A stretch of 64,000 nucleotides of DNA. It comes from an uncultured Bacillota bacterium. GTDB lineage: Bacteria > Bacillota > DTU025 > MWDF01. This document shows, piece after piece, positions 34,603 through 44,799 of the stretch. Under the pieces are notes generated by a model. The model made no database searches. It was not told where the DNA came from and was given only the letters and a program-made list of their open reading frames with translations. The DNA is taken from positions 128,001 to 192,000 of the forward strand of contig CAWGMK010000006.1 in the NCBI GenBank assembly GCA_963823655.1, read 5' to 3'. The number at the start of each line of letters is the position of its first letter. Within the stretch, counting starts at the first letter, position 1. Both the position numbers and the translations under genes were made by a program.

Positions 34603-35320
34603 GACTAATCCTCTTGGCCTCAAGTGCGGAGCTATCGTAGTTGCCGGCGGCGCCGGCCTAAGGATGGGCTCGAATGTTCCGAAGCAGTTTCTGAAGATTG
34701 CAGACAAGCCGATAATGTGGTGGACCCTGCAAAGGCTCGCCGAAAGCGGCCTTTTCGAGGAAATTGTCCTTGTGCTGCCGCAAGGGTGGCTATCCAGGGC
34801 AGATGAGCTGCTTTCGGGCCTAGCGCTTGAGGCCAGGGTCGCCGAGGGCGGCCCGAGACGCCAGATTTCCGTGAACAATGGGCTGATGCAAATAGACGAG
34901 GATGTAGATATCGTGCTTGTCCATGATGCGGTCCGGCCCTTCGTTAAGAAGGAGACCCTCAGGGCAGTCATAGAGGCTGCGAATAGATACGGCGCCGCTA
35001 CGGCAGCGATGCCCGCCAAGGAGACTATAGGCGTTTCTTCAGATGGAGAGCTCCTATCGGAGATCCCCGACCGCTCGAAGCTGTGGCATATACAGACGCC
35101 CCAGGCCTTCAGGCGTTCATTGCTTGCGAAAGCTCATGAGGAGGGCAGGGATGCCTGCTCTTATGCCACCGATGATTGCGCGCTTGTCATGAGAAGCGGC
35201 ATCAAACCCGCAATCGTGCACGGTTCTGAGGCCAACATCAAGATCACAAGCCCGCTCGATCTGGTAATCGCAGAGCATCTGGCAAGGATGAAGGACACAG
35301 AGGACGCGGACTATGAATAA
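34592..35320 (+). CDS. ispD: 2-C-methyl-D-erythritol 4-phosphate cytidylyltransferase
   Basis: AGGAGLRMG..PKQFL, VLVHDAVRPF, QTPQAF, TDD and NIKIT. Confidence 0.96.
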   Translation: MDRETNPLGLKCGAIVVAGGAGLRMGSNVPKQFLKIADKPIMWWTLQRLAESGLFEEIVLVLPQGWLSRADELLSGLALEARVAEGGPRRQISVNNGLMQIDEDVDIVLVHDAVRPFVKKETLRAVIEAANRYGAATAAMPAKETIGVSSDGELLSEIPDRSKLWHIQTPQAFRRSLLAKAHEEGRDACSYATDDCALVMRSGIKPAIVHGSEANIKITSPLDLVIAEHLARMKDTEDADYE

Positions 35321-35811
35321 GTCCGAAATGCCGCCTGAGGGTGTCATTCGGATATGATTCCCACAGGACGGCCGAAGGAAGGCCTCTCATACTCGCAGGG
35401 GTGGCCATTGCCGGTTCAATGGGCCTATTGGGGCATTCGGATGCCGATGTTATAACCCATGCGGTCATAGATGCCCTTGTGTCGGGCTCGAGGCTTGGAG
35501 ATATCGGCAGGATGTTTCCCGATGACGATGAGAGATTTGCGGGGGCTGACAGCATTAAGCTTCTCGAGAATGCTTCCGTCCTTTCCAGGGCAAAAGGATA
35601 CAGCGTTGTGAACTGCGATTGCACGCTGGTTGCCGAAAGGCCGAAGATTGCGCCCCTGAGCTCGGCCATGGAGAAGAATATTGCCTCTGCGCTGGGCATA
35701 GCGGCCGATATGGTTACGGTCAAAGCGAAGACCAACGAGGGATTGGACAGCATCGGCAGGGGAGAGGCAATGGCCGCTTACGCTGTGATGCTTTTAGAAG
35801 TTCCCGCATAG
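35313..35811 (+). CDS. ispF: MECDP synthase IspF (indel near the start)
   Basis: GYDSH, GHSDADV..HAVIDAL, GDIG.MFP, PKIAP and KAKTNEGL. Confidence 0.95.
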
Positions 35812-35827
35812 CAATGTCCAAATTTAT

Positions 35828-35864
35828 GGACTGTCCCAAACAGAAGGGACAGTCCTTTTGTTTT
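35828..35864 (+). terminator. Intrinsic terminator after ispF
   Basis: GGACTGTCCC / GGGACAGTCC stem followed by TTTTGTTTT. Confidence 0.85.
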
Positions 35865-35944
35865 ATAAGGAGGAACTAGATATTCATAAAGAGAATATTG
35901 TAAATATCAAATAAAATTGATGTTAACAAAAAGGGGGTGGTTCT

Positions 35945-36757
35945 ATGGGGATTGCTAGAAGGTTTCTTTTACTATTGATGCTCTCTTTGATGATAATATT
36001 CGCACAGAGTGGGTGCTCAGGCAGGATGAGAATCCTATATTACAACGACACGAATTGGGATTATGCAGGTCAGGCTTTGGATTTACTCGGATATGACTAC
36101 GAAGAGGCGATAACCGCCCAGCAGTTCTACGACACATTCAGGTCGAAGGCTTGGGACCTTGTCATCTTCGACAACAGCCTTACTGATTCCGAAATCAACC
36201 CGTACATTGAGGCATGCCTGCTCAACATCGCATATTTCGCGATGAGCGGGGCCAAAGTAATAATAACCACGCCTGTGCTAGGAAAAGAAAGTGCCGATAG
36301 CTTTTGGGAGCTGTTCGGCTACGAGTATGCGGGGCTATCATATGACGAGCCGTGGTCGGTTTACAGGTTGATACCGGAAGCGGAATTATGGAACTCTCCT
36401 AACGTTGCCCCTGACCTAAACCCGTTTTATGCAGAGGATTCCCCGGCACATGAAATCAACGCATTCAGAGGTAATCCCGTTGGGACGGGCCAGATGATTG
36501 CATCGTTCAACGCATTTGTCATGGAAGACATGGGAGCTGTTTTCAAGGCTAATAGCAACAGGACGATTATAAACGCTTTCTACATGGACGACTTCACAAA
36601 AGCGGACTATGAACCAGTAGACATGGATGAAGATGGAATAGGTGACAGCATTGAATGGTATATGAACGAGATCGCATACCTTGATAAGACAAATGGCTTG
36701 AGGGTGAAGCCAGAAGTGCCCAGCGGAGGAGACCCGATTCCCATGTCAATTTGGTAA
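35945..36757 (+). CDS. Hypothetical acidic lipoprotein
   Basis: Signal peptide with a QSGC lipobox-like site, and a DMDEDGIGD Ca-binding-like motif near the C-terminus. Confidence 0.75.
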   Translation: MGIARRFLLLLMLSLMIIFAQSGCSGRMRILYYNDTNWDYAGQALDLLGYDYEEAITAQQFYDTFRSKAWDLVIFDNSLTDSEINPYIEACLLNIAYFAMSGAKVIITTPVLGKESADSFWELFGYEYAGLSYDEPWSVYRLIPEAELWNSPNVAPDLNPFYAEDSPAHEINAFRGNPVGTGQMIASFNAFVMEDMGAVFKANSNRTIINAFYMDDFTKADYEPVDMDEDGIGDSIEWYMNEIAYLDKTNGLRVKPEVPSGGDPIPMSIW

Positions 36758-36950
36758 TGGGTGAAGGCATTTTAGGTAATCTGGGAAAGAAATCCATGCA
36801 ATTAGGCTGAAGAGCTTGACGTCCTCAAATGCCAGATAGCTTGCAGATGGCAACCTTACATGAGTTGTTCGAACTGGCAAGAACCAACGGAAACCGGTTG
36901 CTCAGGGGAGCCTCCTTTCGAGAGCTTGGCCGTCGATACTGAATGTGTAG

Positions 36951-36983
36951 TGCTCCCTCCTGGACAGTGGAGGGAGCATATCA
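36951..36983 (-). mobile_element. Solo, collapsed IS3-type end
   Basis: TGCTCCCTCCTGGACAGTGGAGGGAGCATATCA shares CTCCC.CCTGGACAGT and GGGAGCATATCA with the IS end at 50384-50439. Confidence 0.5.
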
Positions 36984-37064
36984 TTGCAATACCTATTTAA
37001 GTCAATTTTCCGTCTATGGAAATCTGATTTCTCAAACCAAATCGGATAGCCCCATTTTCTCGTA

Positions 37065-37874
37065 TCACTGGGCATCTCTTACAAGGCGCAGGCCGATTAT
37101 ATGTGATGTTGTTGAAGGAGGTGCGCACATCCGATTGGCGGACCGGAAGGCAGGGGGCGAGTTGTTCCATGAGCCGCCCCTGTAGACCTTCTGCATGCCT
37201 GAAGAGGGGCCTGAGAAGTCAACCGCCTTGTCCGGGCTGAAAGGAAAATGGTACCAGTCGGCGCACCACTCCGCCACGTTGCCCTGGATATCGAAGAGGC
37301 CCCATGCGTTAGGCTTCTTCCTACCGACAGGCTGCGTCTTAAACTGCGCGTTATTAGGATACCAGGCGTAGTCCCCCAATTTGAGATGATTGGTGTCCTC
37401 GCCCCAGTAGAATGCGGTTGTGGTACCTGCCCTGCACGAGTACTCCCATTCTACTTCCGTAGGCAGTCTGAAATTGCCCAGTTCCATTTTGTTCAGCCTC
37501 TCGATAAACTCCTGACAGTCAACCCAGCTGACCTTCTCTACAGGGTTATTCGGATTATCGGAGAATCTCGATGGGGAAGTGCCCATTACAGCGGACCACT
37601 GTGCCTGCGTAACTTCGTAGATTCCCAAATAAAAGGGTTTACTTATCTCCATTTTGTGCTGGCTTCCTTCGTTTTCCCCTCTGTCTGGTTCATTGATGGG
37701 CGAACCCATGATGAAAACACCTGCCGGAATCAGCCTCATTTTCAGCTGTACCTTGCTTGGACCAGGGATTATGAGGGTTATTTGCTCCGGCAAAGCTGTA
37801 ATATTGTTCCCCCACGCAGTTTGCATACAGCAGAGAAGGGCGCCCAGTGCGATTAGGATTGTCAGCCTTTTCAC
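37065..37874 (-). CDS. Secreted FGE-sulfatase (SUMF1/PvdO-like) domain protein
   Basis: IPAG.F.MGS, YEVTQAQW, PVEKVSW, RLPTEVEWEYSCRAG, PNAWGLFD..GNV.EW, RGGSW and GLR. Confidence 0.93.
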   Translation of the reverse strand: MKRLTILIALGALLCCMQTAWGNNITALPEQITLIIPGPSKVQLKMRLIPAGVFIMGSPINEPDRGENEGSQHKMEISKPFYLGIYEVTQAQWSAVMGTSPSRFSDNPNNPVEKVSWVDCQEFIERLNKMELGNFRLPTEVEWEYSCRAGTTTAFYWGEDTNHLKLGDYAWYPNNAQFKTQPVGRKKPNAWGLFDIQGNVAEWCADWYHFPFSPDKAVDFSGPSSGMQKVYRGGSWNNSPPAFRSANRMCAPPSTTSHIIGLRLVRDAQ

Positions 37875-38258
37875 GTTGTCACCTCCATTCGCGTCGCTTG
37901 TCCCAAAGCTTCTGTACCATAATAGTTCTATTCACGACCTATATTCCCTTCCACCAACTGGAATTTTCCACGGTTTCAATGACCAATGATTTATTTTTTG
38001 GTCAATGATTGCGTACTTTGCCTTCGGGCAATGTGCCTGAATAGTAGATTCCATATGGAACTGCAATGATTATTTCACGTTATGGCTCTAGCACTGATTC
38101 GGCACGCAATTGCCCAGGAAAAATATTAAACTCCACTACAAAGAGATATAATATATAGCAACAGAATGAATAGAACACCTGACAATTGCCAGCTTAATCC
38201 CTATATATTAGGAGAAGTTAATGGTATTATAGGCATAGTCAGTCAGTGAGGTGTATAG

Positions 38259-39275
38259 ATGAATAAATACAGGATTGCCATATTGGCTACGGCTATATTG
38301 CTGGTTTTCGGCTTGGCAACGCTCGCCGCAGAGAAGTACGCCCAAGGGATGATAGTCGGTTTCGGCGAGAAGATGAGCGGCCCTCAGCAGGCGATAATGA
38401 AAGTCCAGCTGGGAGCGTCAACCCAGAGCGGACACGAGGAGCTCGGGGAGGCCGTAGAGACAATCACGATATCTGCAGCTGAAGAGAAGGCCGCATACAA
38501 GGGCCTTTTAGGCGAGGACGAGATGGGGCCCGTCGGAGTATCCGGTACTTTCATCAGGAAATCGGAAGCAAACGGCGGAATTTGGGTGGCATCATCCAAT
38601 AACGACTATTCGCCATTGGTATATGCAAATGCATTCTATACCGCGGGCATCCGCGACGTGATCATGAGCGTGAGCTCGGTGGAGCCCGTGCCCGGGATGA
38701 TGGTACTCGGAGTTGTAGCAGGCGCTTATGAGAAGCTGACAGGGTCATCGCTTGATGATGATGCGCTGAAGCTCGCTGCCGAGGAGATGCTCCTTACAGC
38801 AAAGTTGGGCAAGTCGCTTGGACACTATGAAATGGGCGCAGAAGTCGCAGCATATGCCAAAGAGTACGCTACGACGAACAAGGATGCATCGGCTTCGGAT
38901 ATAGCCAATGTAATGGGCGAAAGGATAGCCCTGTATGAAAGGGAAATCGCCGACACCGAGCTTACAGAGCTTGCCGGATGCATAAGCAGGTATGCCGCGA
39001 GAGGGGATGCTCATGCGGACATGGGGGCCCAGCTTGCGACTTTAAGAGCCGAGCAGCTTTGGCTTGTCGAACCCAAGGAGCGGATGATGGACGAAGAGGA
39101 GCTCGCCCAGGCCGACGAAGAGCTGCAGGAGATAATTCAGTACCTGGACGAGGAAGAGAAGGAGCCTAGCTTCTTCCAGAAGAATTCGGGATGGATAATG
39201 CCGCTGGGTTTAGTCCTTATCGCCGCACTGCTTGCCATCGCCATTGCCTATTTCCAGACCAGGCAAAGGGAATAA
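38259..39275 (+). CDS. DUF1002 (YpuA-like) exported protein with a C-terminal membrane anchor
   Basis: Signal peptide, YANAFYTAGI...AYEKLTG..L......A.EEM..T..LG and a C-terminal TM helix. Confidence 0.75.
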   Translation: MNKYRIAILATAILLVFGLATLAAEKYAQGMIVGFGEKMSGPQQAIMKVQLGASTQSGHEELGEAVETITISAAEEKAAYKGLLGEDEMGPVGVSGTFIRKSEANGGIWVASSNNDYSPLVYANAFYTAGIRDVIMSVSSVEPVPGMMVLGVVAGAYEKLTGSSLDDDALKLAAEEMLLTAKLGKSLGHYEMGAEVAAYAKEYATTNKDASASDIANVMGERIALYEREIADTELTELAGCISRYAARGDAHADMGAQLATLRAEQLWLVEPKERMMDEEELAQADEELQEIIQYLDEEEKEPSFFQKNSGWIMPLGLVLIAALLAIAIAYFQTRQRE

Positions 39276-39321
39276 GGGCGGCAAGAACGGCAGATCCTAA
39301 TTGACCCAAGGGGGAATTGGA

Positions 39322-40845
39322 ATGAGCATCAGGATATTCAACACACTGACAAGGCGCAAGGAGGACTTTACCCCTTATACTGAGGGCAAAGTGGGTATGT
39401 ACTGCTGCGGGCCTACGGTGTACGATTATTTCCACATAGGAAATGCCAGGGCATTCGTAATTCCGGACATGGTCAGGAATTACCTTAGGTATCGTGGCTT
39501 CGAGGTCAAATACGTACAGAACATCACTGACATCGAGGATAAGATCATAAGGCGCGCGCAGGAGCGCGGTGTTCCCACATCTGCCATAGTCGACCAGTAT
39601 GTGAAGGCCTTCTATGACGACAGGGCATCTTTAGGCGTGGGTGCGCCAGACTATCAGCCGAGGGCGACAGAACACGTCCTGGAGATAGTAGCGATGGTCA
39701 AAGAGCTCATCGAGAAGGGCCATGCATATGAAAGCAAAGGAGACGTCTACTTCGACGTTTCGAGCTTCGAAGGTTACGGCAAGCTCTCAGGGCAGAATGT
39801 AGACGACTTGCAGGCGGGCGCAAGGGTGGAACTATCGGAGCAGAAGCAGGATCCGCTGGACTTCGTGCTTTGGAAGGCGGCAAAGCCCGGGGAGCCGTCA
39901 TGGGACAGCCCCTGGGGGCCCGGAAGGCCCGGATGGCATATTGAGTGCTCAGTGATGTCGGCGGGTTTCCTTGGGGGCTCAGTAGATATCCATCTTGGAG
40001 GAACCGACCTCATATTCCCACATCACGAAAACGAGATTGCGCAGAGCGAGAGCCTTGGAAAAGGCGAATTCGTGAAGTACTGGATGCACAACGCGATGGT
40101 CAACATCGACGGAGAGCGCATGGGAAAATCCATGGGCAACTTCTTCACAGTGCGGGACATCCTCAAGAAATATCAGGGAAAGACCATACGCTACTATCTT
40201 GTGGCAAGCCATTACCGCCAGCCGATTAGCTTTGGCGTCGATGAGCTGGACATGTGCGGCAAGGCGCTTTCCAGGCTGGAAGATGCTATAGCCAATACCA
40301 TGGGCGCCTTCGGCTTGAAACCGGAAGATGTGCTCCAATATGATAGGGAATATAAGGGTGAGCAGCAGTCTTCAGGCCCTGCCTTGAAGGGCAATGGCGA
40401 GGAAGTTGCGGCGGCTCAGGCGCTTATTGGGCTTGCAGTATCAGCTACAGGCTCTTTCGTAGAGTTCATGGACGACGACTTCAACACTTCCGGCGCGATG
40501 TCTACGCTTCATGAGCTTGCAAAAGGGATAAACGCCTTCACAAGCTCAGGCGGCAGGGGGCAAGCAGCCTCCGATGCCGCGGCATTTGCATTGTACAAGC
40601 TTTGGAAGATGGGATCTGTCCTTGGCTTCATGGACGCCGCCACTTTAGATACTGGAAAAGAGGCCCTCGGCGACAAAGGCGGGCTGACAGAGGAGCTTAT
40701 GGGGCTGATTTTGAAAATCAGGGCTGAGGCCAGGGCGAAGAAGGACTGGTCCATATCCGATTTCATAAGGGATGGGCTGAAGAGCCTGGGCATCACAGTA
40801 GAAGACACGTTGGACGGGGCGAGGTGGAAGATTGAGCGCAGGTGA
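39322..40845 (+). CDS. cysS: Cysteine--tRNA ligase
   Basis: CGPTVY..HIGNAR, DFVLWK, GRPGWHIECS, DLIFPHHENE and MGKS. Confidence 0.98.
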   Translation: MSIRIFNTLTRRKEDFTPYTEGKVGMYCCGPTVYDYFHIGNARAFVIPDMVRNYLRYRGFEVKYVQNITDIEDKIIRRAQERGVPTSAIVDQYVKAFYDDRASLGVGAPDYQPRATEHVLEIVAMVKELIEKGHAYESKGDVYFDVSSFEGYGKLSGQNVDDLQAGARVELSEQKQDPLDFVLWKAAKPGEPSWDSPWGPGRPGWHIECSVMSAGFLGGSVDIHLGGTDLIFPHHENEIAQSESLGKGEFVKYWMHNAMVNIDGERMGKSMGNFFTVRDILKKYQGKTIRYYLVASHYRQPISFGVDELDMCGKALSRLEDAIANTMGAFGLKPEDVLQYDREYKGEQQSSGPALKGNGEEVAAAQALIGLAVSATGSFVEFMDDDFNTSGAMSTLHELAKGINAFTSSGGRGQAASDAAAFALYKLWKMGSVLGFMDAATLDTGKEALGDKGGLTEELMGLILKIRAEARAKKDWSISDFIRDGLKSLGITVEDTLDGARWKIERR

Positions 40846-41236
40846 GTTCAAGCCTTCCGAGCTGCCTGCCCTGGTTCTCGCCTACCTGGGCGATGTGATC
40901 TGGGAAGCATACGTAAGGCGGAGGCTGGTTTTGGAGCAGGGCATCGGATCGACCGCTAAAGGCCTGCATACTGCTGCACTCAAGCTTGTCAGCGCAGGCG
41001 CACAGGCTTCGATGCTCGTAAACTTCGAGGCACTGCTTACAGAGGAAGAACTTGCCGTCCTGAAAAGGGGCCGAAGGGCCAGGGCAAGGAGGGCTAACAG
41101 GCCTTCCACCATGTCCGAATACAGGAAAAGCACTGGATTTGAGGCCCTGCTTGGTTACCTCGATTTGTCATGCAGGAAGGAAAGGCTCGAGGAGCTGATG
41201 GCATCGGCATACGAGCTTGAGAGGGAAAATGAGTAA
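40832..41236 (+). CDS. mrnC: Mini-ribonuclease III
   Basis: LAYLGDVIWE, VSA.AQA and Y..STGFEALLGYL. Lies between cysS and rlmB. Confidence 0.93.
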   Translation: MSAGEFKPSELPALVLAYLGDVIWEAYVRRRLVLEQGIGSTAKGLHTAALKLVSAGAQASMLVNFEALLTEEELAVLKRGRRARARRANRPSTMSEYRKSTGFEALLGYLDLSCRKERLEELMASAYELERENE

Positions 41237-42035
41237 GATAGAAAAGGAAAGGGCAACGTTTCTGAAGGCGCAGGCAGCGGCAGGCCCGGCTCAGCAGGAG
41301 AGCGATTACCTGCTCGGCCCCAGGGCCATTATGGAGGCGATTGCGGCCGGGCGAGAGTTCAACAGGATAATGATAGCCAAGGGCTCCGAAAACGCAAGGG
41401 AGGCGTCGGAGGTCTGGAATGCTGCAAGGTCCAAGGGCATCATAGTCCAATTGGTGGACAGGGCGGCTTTGGATAAGGTCTCGATGGGCGCCAACCACCA
41501 GGGGATTGCAGCGATGGTGGCACCGTTCGCATACGCGGAGCTGGACGATTTGCTGAACCTGTCCCTTGGAAGGAGCAGGCCGCTGTTTCTCGTGCTTCTA
41601 GACGGGATAATGGATCCGGGCAACCTGGGTTCGATAATAAGGACCGCCAATGCCGCAGGTGCGGATGGCGTGGTCATTACGAATAGAAGATGTGCTCCAG
41701 TAACTTCGGCCGTAGTTAGATCCAGCGCAGGGGCTGTAGAGCACACTCCGGTAGCGAGGGTCAGCAATCTCAGCTACGCCATAGACAAGGTTAAGGCGGC
41801 AGGCGTGTGGGTGGCAGGGCTTGATATGGATGGCAAGCAGACGATATGGGAGGCCGACTTGAAGATGCCTCTTGCAGTGGTAATAGGGTCCGAGGGCGAA
41901 GGGATGTCGAGGCTCGTGGGGGAGAAGTGCGATTTTATGTTGAGGATACCTATGATGGGCAAGATCGGATCCCTTAACGCGTCTGTCTCATTCTCTGTGG
42001 TTGCTTATGAAGTGTTGAGGCAAAGAGGCGCATAG
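41229..42035 (+). CDS. rlmB: 23S rRNA Gm2251 methyltransferase
   Basis: NHQG, LDGIMDPGNLGSIIRTA, GSEGEG, IPM.G and SLNASV. Confidence 0.96.
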   Translation: MSKIEKERATFLKAQAAAGPAQQESDYLLGPRAIMEAIAAGREFNRIMIAKGSENAREASEVWNAARSKGIIVQLVDRAALDKVSMGANHQGIAAMVAPFAYAELDDLLNLSLGRSRPLFLVLLDGIMDPGNLGSIIRTANAAGADGVVITNRRCAPVTSAVVRSSAGAVEHTPVARVSNLSYAIDKVKAAGVWVAGLDMDGKQTIWEADLKMPLAVVIGSEGEGMSRLVGEKCDFMLRIPMMGKIGSLNASVSFSVVAYEVLRQRGA

Positions 42036-42147
42036 GCGCCTTTAAATGGGTTATCTCGTTGACTAGACATCATTGCGATTATATAATTCTTTCATCCAGC
42101 CTTTTTAATCAATGATCCGAAGGACAGCCGTCCGAGGAGGTGCTTCA

Positions 42148-42789
42148 TTGGACGAACTTAAAGAAGAAGCCGCTCAGAGCTTCAATGAACTAACGGATGA
42201 AGCAATAGTCGAGTATGCGCGCGACGGTAATACCGAAGCCGCCGAGTACTTGATTCATAAATACAAGAACTTCGTCAGATCCAAGGCGAGGTCCTATTTC
42301 CTTGTCGGCGCCGATCGCGAGGACATCATTCAGGAGGGCATGATCGGCCTTTATAAGGCGATAAGGGATTTCAGGCAGGACAAGCAGGTATACTTCAGGT
42401 CGTTTGCGGAGCTGTGCGTAACAAGGCAGATAATCACTGCGATAAAGACGGCCACGCGACAGAAGCACATCCCTTTGAACTCCTATGTATCTCTCAACAA
42501 GCCGATATACGACGAGGAATCGGACAGGACCCTGATGGATGTTCTCACCGGCAACCATGTAGCCGACCCGGAGGAGATGATAATCAGCCGGGAGGAGATG
42601 GAGGACATGGAATCCGAGATGACAGGCGCGCTGTCAGAGCTTGAGATGCAAGTCCTTGTTTCATACCTTGACGGCAGGTCTTATCAGGAGATAGCTGACG
42701 ACCTGGACAGGCACATCAAGTCGGTGGACAATGCGCTGCAAAGGATAAAAAGGAAGATAGAGAAGTACCTGGAGAAAAGGACTAAATAA
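42148..42789 (+). CDS. sigH: RNA polymerase sigma factor SigH
   Basis: KARSYFLVGADREDIIQEGMIGLYKAIRDF, ITAIKTATRQKH.PLNSY and KSVDNALQR. Confidence 0.97.
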   Translation: MDELKEEAAQSFNELTDEAIVEYARDGNTEAAEYLIHKYKNFVRSKARSYFLVGADREDIIQEGMIGLYKAIRDFRQDKQVYFRSFAELCVTRQIITAIKTATRQKHIPLNSYVSLNKPIYDEESDRTLMDVLTGNHVADPEEMIISREEMEDMESEMTGALSELEMQVLVSYLDGRSYQEIADDLDRHIKSVDNALQRIKRKIEKYLEKRTK

Positions 42790-42848
42790 CTGGCTAAATA
42801 CGCTGTCCGGTTCCCTGATTCGAACCGGCGGCGATTTTTTTGGAGTAT

Positions 42849-43514
42849 ATGATGGGATTGCCGAAATTTCTGGTGCTGGACCTGGACAATACGCTTTACC
42901 CAAAGTCAAGCGGACTTGACGAAGCGATGAGGCTGAGGATACTTTCATACCTTGTTGTTAGGCACGGGCTTACTGAAAAGCAGGCAAGCGATGCAAGGGA
43001 ACGCTATGTCAAGATGTACGGTTTGTCGCTTCCCGGCATAATGAACGATTTCGACGTGGATATTGTGGACTATCAGGAATACATCCACGATGTTGACATT
43101 AAATCCTTCATCAAGCCCAATGCAGCTTTGAACCTCATCTTGAAGAGCGTCCCGGCCGAGAAAGTGATATATACGAACTCCTCTTTGCCTCATGTGGAGA
43201 GAGTCCTTTCTGCGCTTGGGGTAGAAAGCGGGATGTTCAGCCATATCGTCGACTACAGGGCCACAGGCTGCATCGCAAAGCCGCAGGCGGAGTCCTTCGC
43301 CTCGATGCTGGGGATCATCGGCGCAGCGGGAGAGGATTGCATAATGGTGGATGATATGCCCAAAACAGTCTGTGTCGCCAAGAAGCAATTCGGCATGAAG
43401 GGCGTCCTGGTAGATGAAGACGAAAAGGGCGGCTGCCCGGAGGCGGATTGGACGATTACCAACATTAACGATATTAAGGCAGTACTGAGTTCGATTTACG
43501 GCATTGTGAATTAA
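42849..43514 (+). CDS. HAD hydrolase, pyrimidine 5'-nucleotidase-like
   Basis: DLDNTLY motif I, YTNS, KP and MVDD. Confidence 0.88.
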   Translation: MMGLPKFLVLDLDNTLYPKSSGLDEAMRLRILSYLVVRHGLTEKQASDARERYVKMYGLSLPGIMNDFDVDIVDYQEYIHDVDIKSFIKPNAALNLILKSVPAEKVIYTNSSLPHVERVLSALGVESGMFSHIVDYRATGCIAKPQAESFASMLGIIGAAGEDCIMVDDMPKTVCVAKKQFGMKGVLVDEDEKGGCPEADWTITNINDIKAVLSSIYGIVN

Positions 43515-43695
43515 AATCATTTGCTTCCGTTTCCAGCAATTGAAGAAGATTGCAGAATGCAGGATTTCTCAAGAGAGCTGCTCGACAACCAGAGATCATC
43601 GTCAGCATGCAACAATCGAAAAAGATCGGGATTTGCCATCATTCCCCCCTTGTTTTATTAAGGGCCAAAGCTTAACCTAAGTGGCCAAACTTGAT

Positions 43696-43726
43696 AAAAA
43701 ATGCAGTGACTTTGGCCACTGCATTT
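43696..43726 (-). terminator. Terminator downstream of tRNA-Arg
   Basis: AATGCAGTG / CACTGCATT stem with a U-tract on the minus strand. Confidence 0.7.
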
Positions 43727-43746
43727 CCACTCTAGATGATGTTAAT

Positions 43747-43822
<76 letters not shown>

Positions 43823-44113
43823 ATTAAAACGCTTTCTATATCTGCCGCTATGTTGCAGACAATAAACATTATATCCAGATAGCCCTCTGCATTCAATCAT
43901 TCTTGACCTACATTCTACCAAAAACCGCAATGCATCAAGGACTTTGACTGCCCATGGCATTAATTGGGGTCTTGTGAGTGCAGATCGACAAGTGAATGAA
44001 GCATAAAAAACAGAGCCTTCAGCAAACATGGTACTTTAAGATGCTCCATATTTGGTTTGTTAGCAGCAATATGTGTGGTGCTTTTTGAAAGGGCTCACGA
44101 TCCTCGCTATTCT

Positions 44114-44485
44114 TTACTTTCGCCAAAAAGATGAACAATCTGCCTTGTCCGCTATATTGAACTCGATAATCCTCTCTAGTAAAGCGTAATCAACTTGGCT
44201 TTCCCACGGTATGCGCATAAGCATCTTACCGTGGTCATACCCCGCCTTTATTATCTCATCCGAAAAACGAATTATCCCCGCTCTTTCGGGGGCAATTGCC
44301 AGATGATGCTGTGCAACGCTGAAGCCGATAATATAAGTGCCGTGGTCTGTAAACATTGGCTGGTTCCAAGCTATTCTCTGTTTAAGATTGGGATATCTCT
44401 TGGTCACCCAATTTAAAACCTCTTCTGTCCGTGCCCGGTTCTGCGGATTTTCGATACTGGCCAGATATTCTGCAAAAACCTCCAT
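44114..44485 (-). CDS. YdhG-like iron chaperone (DUF1801)
   Basis: [19 protein letters not shown]...C..FWRK. Confidence 0.88.
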   Translation of the reverse strand: MEVFAEYLASIENPQNRARTEEVLNWVTKRYPNLKQRIAWNQPMFTDHGTYIIGFSVAQHHLAIAPERAGIIRFSDEIIKAGYDHGKMLMRIPWESQVDYALLERIIEFNIADKADCSSFWRK

Positions 44486-44799
44486 AATGCCCTCCTTAGA
44501 ACCACTGCTAACTCAGGCACAAATATGTGCCTGTTAGGGGGATATCGAACAAGTAGCCGAAATTTACTTTCGGTTCGCATCAAGGATTCTCCTTCATTTA
44601 TTGGCAGTTGGTTACCGGATATGAAGTCCAGGTCCAAAACCCCGGAAAAATGATTCGAGATGTGCGAAACTCCCTCAAACCGATTATAATGTAAGGAATA
44701 TTTTGACCAGTCTTAAAACGAATAAGTAGACGGCCAGGCAGGGAATATTTATAGGGAGATTGCAGAAACGGCCTGGATCGACTGAAAGAAGGTGGATTA

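Noticed and set aside
37065-37874. FGE-domain protein as a diversity-generating retroelement target
   Set aside because: No reverse transcriptase and no template-repeat copy of its 3' end were seen in the window.
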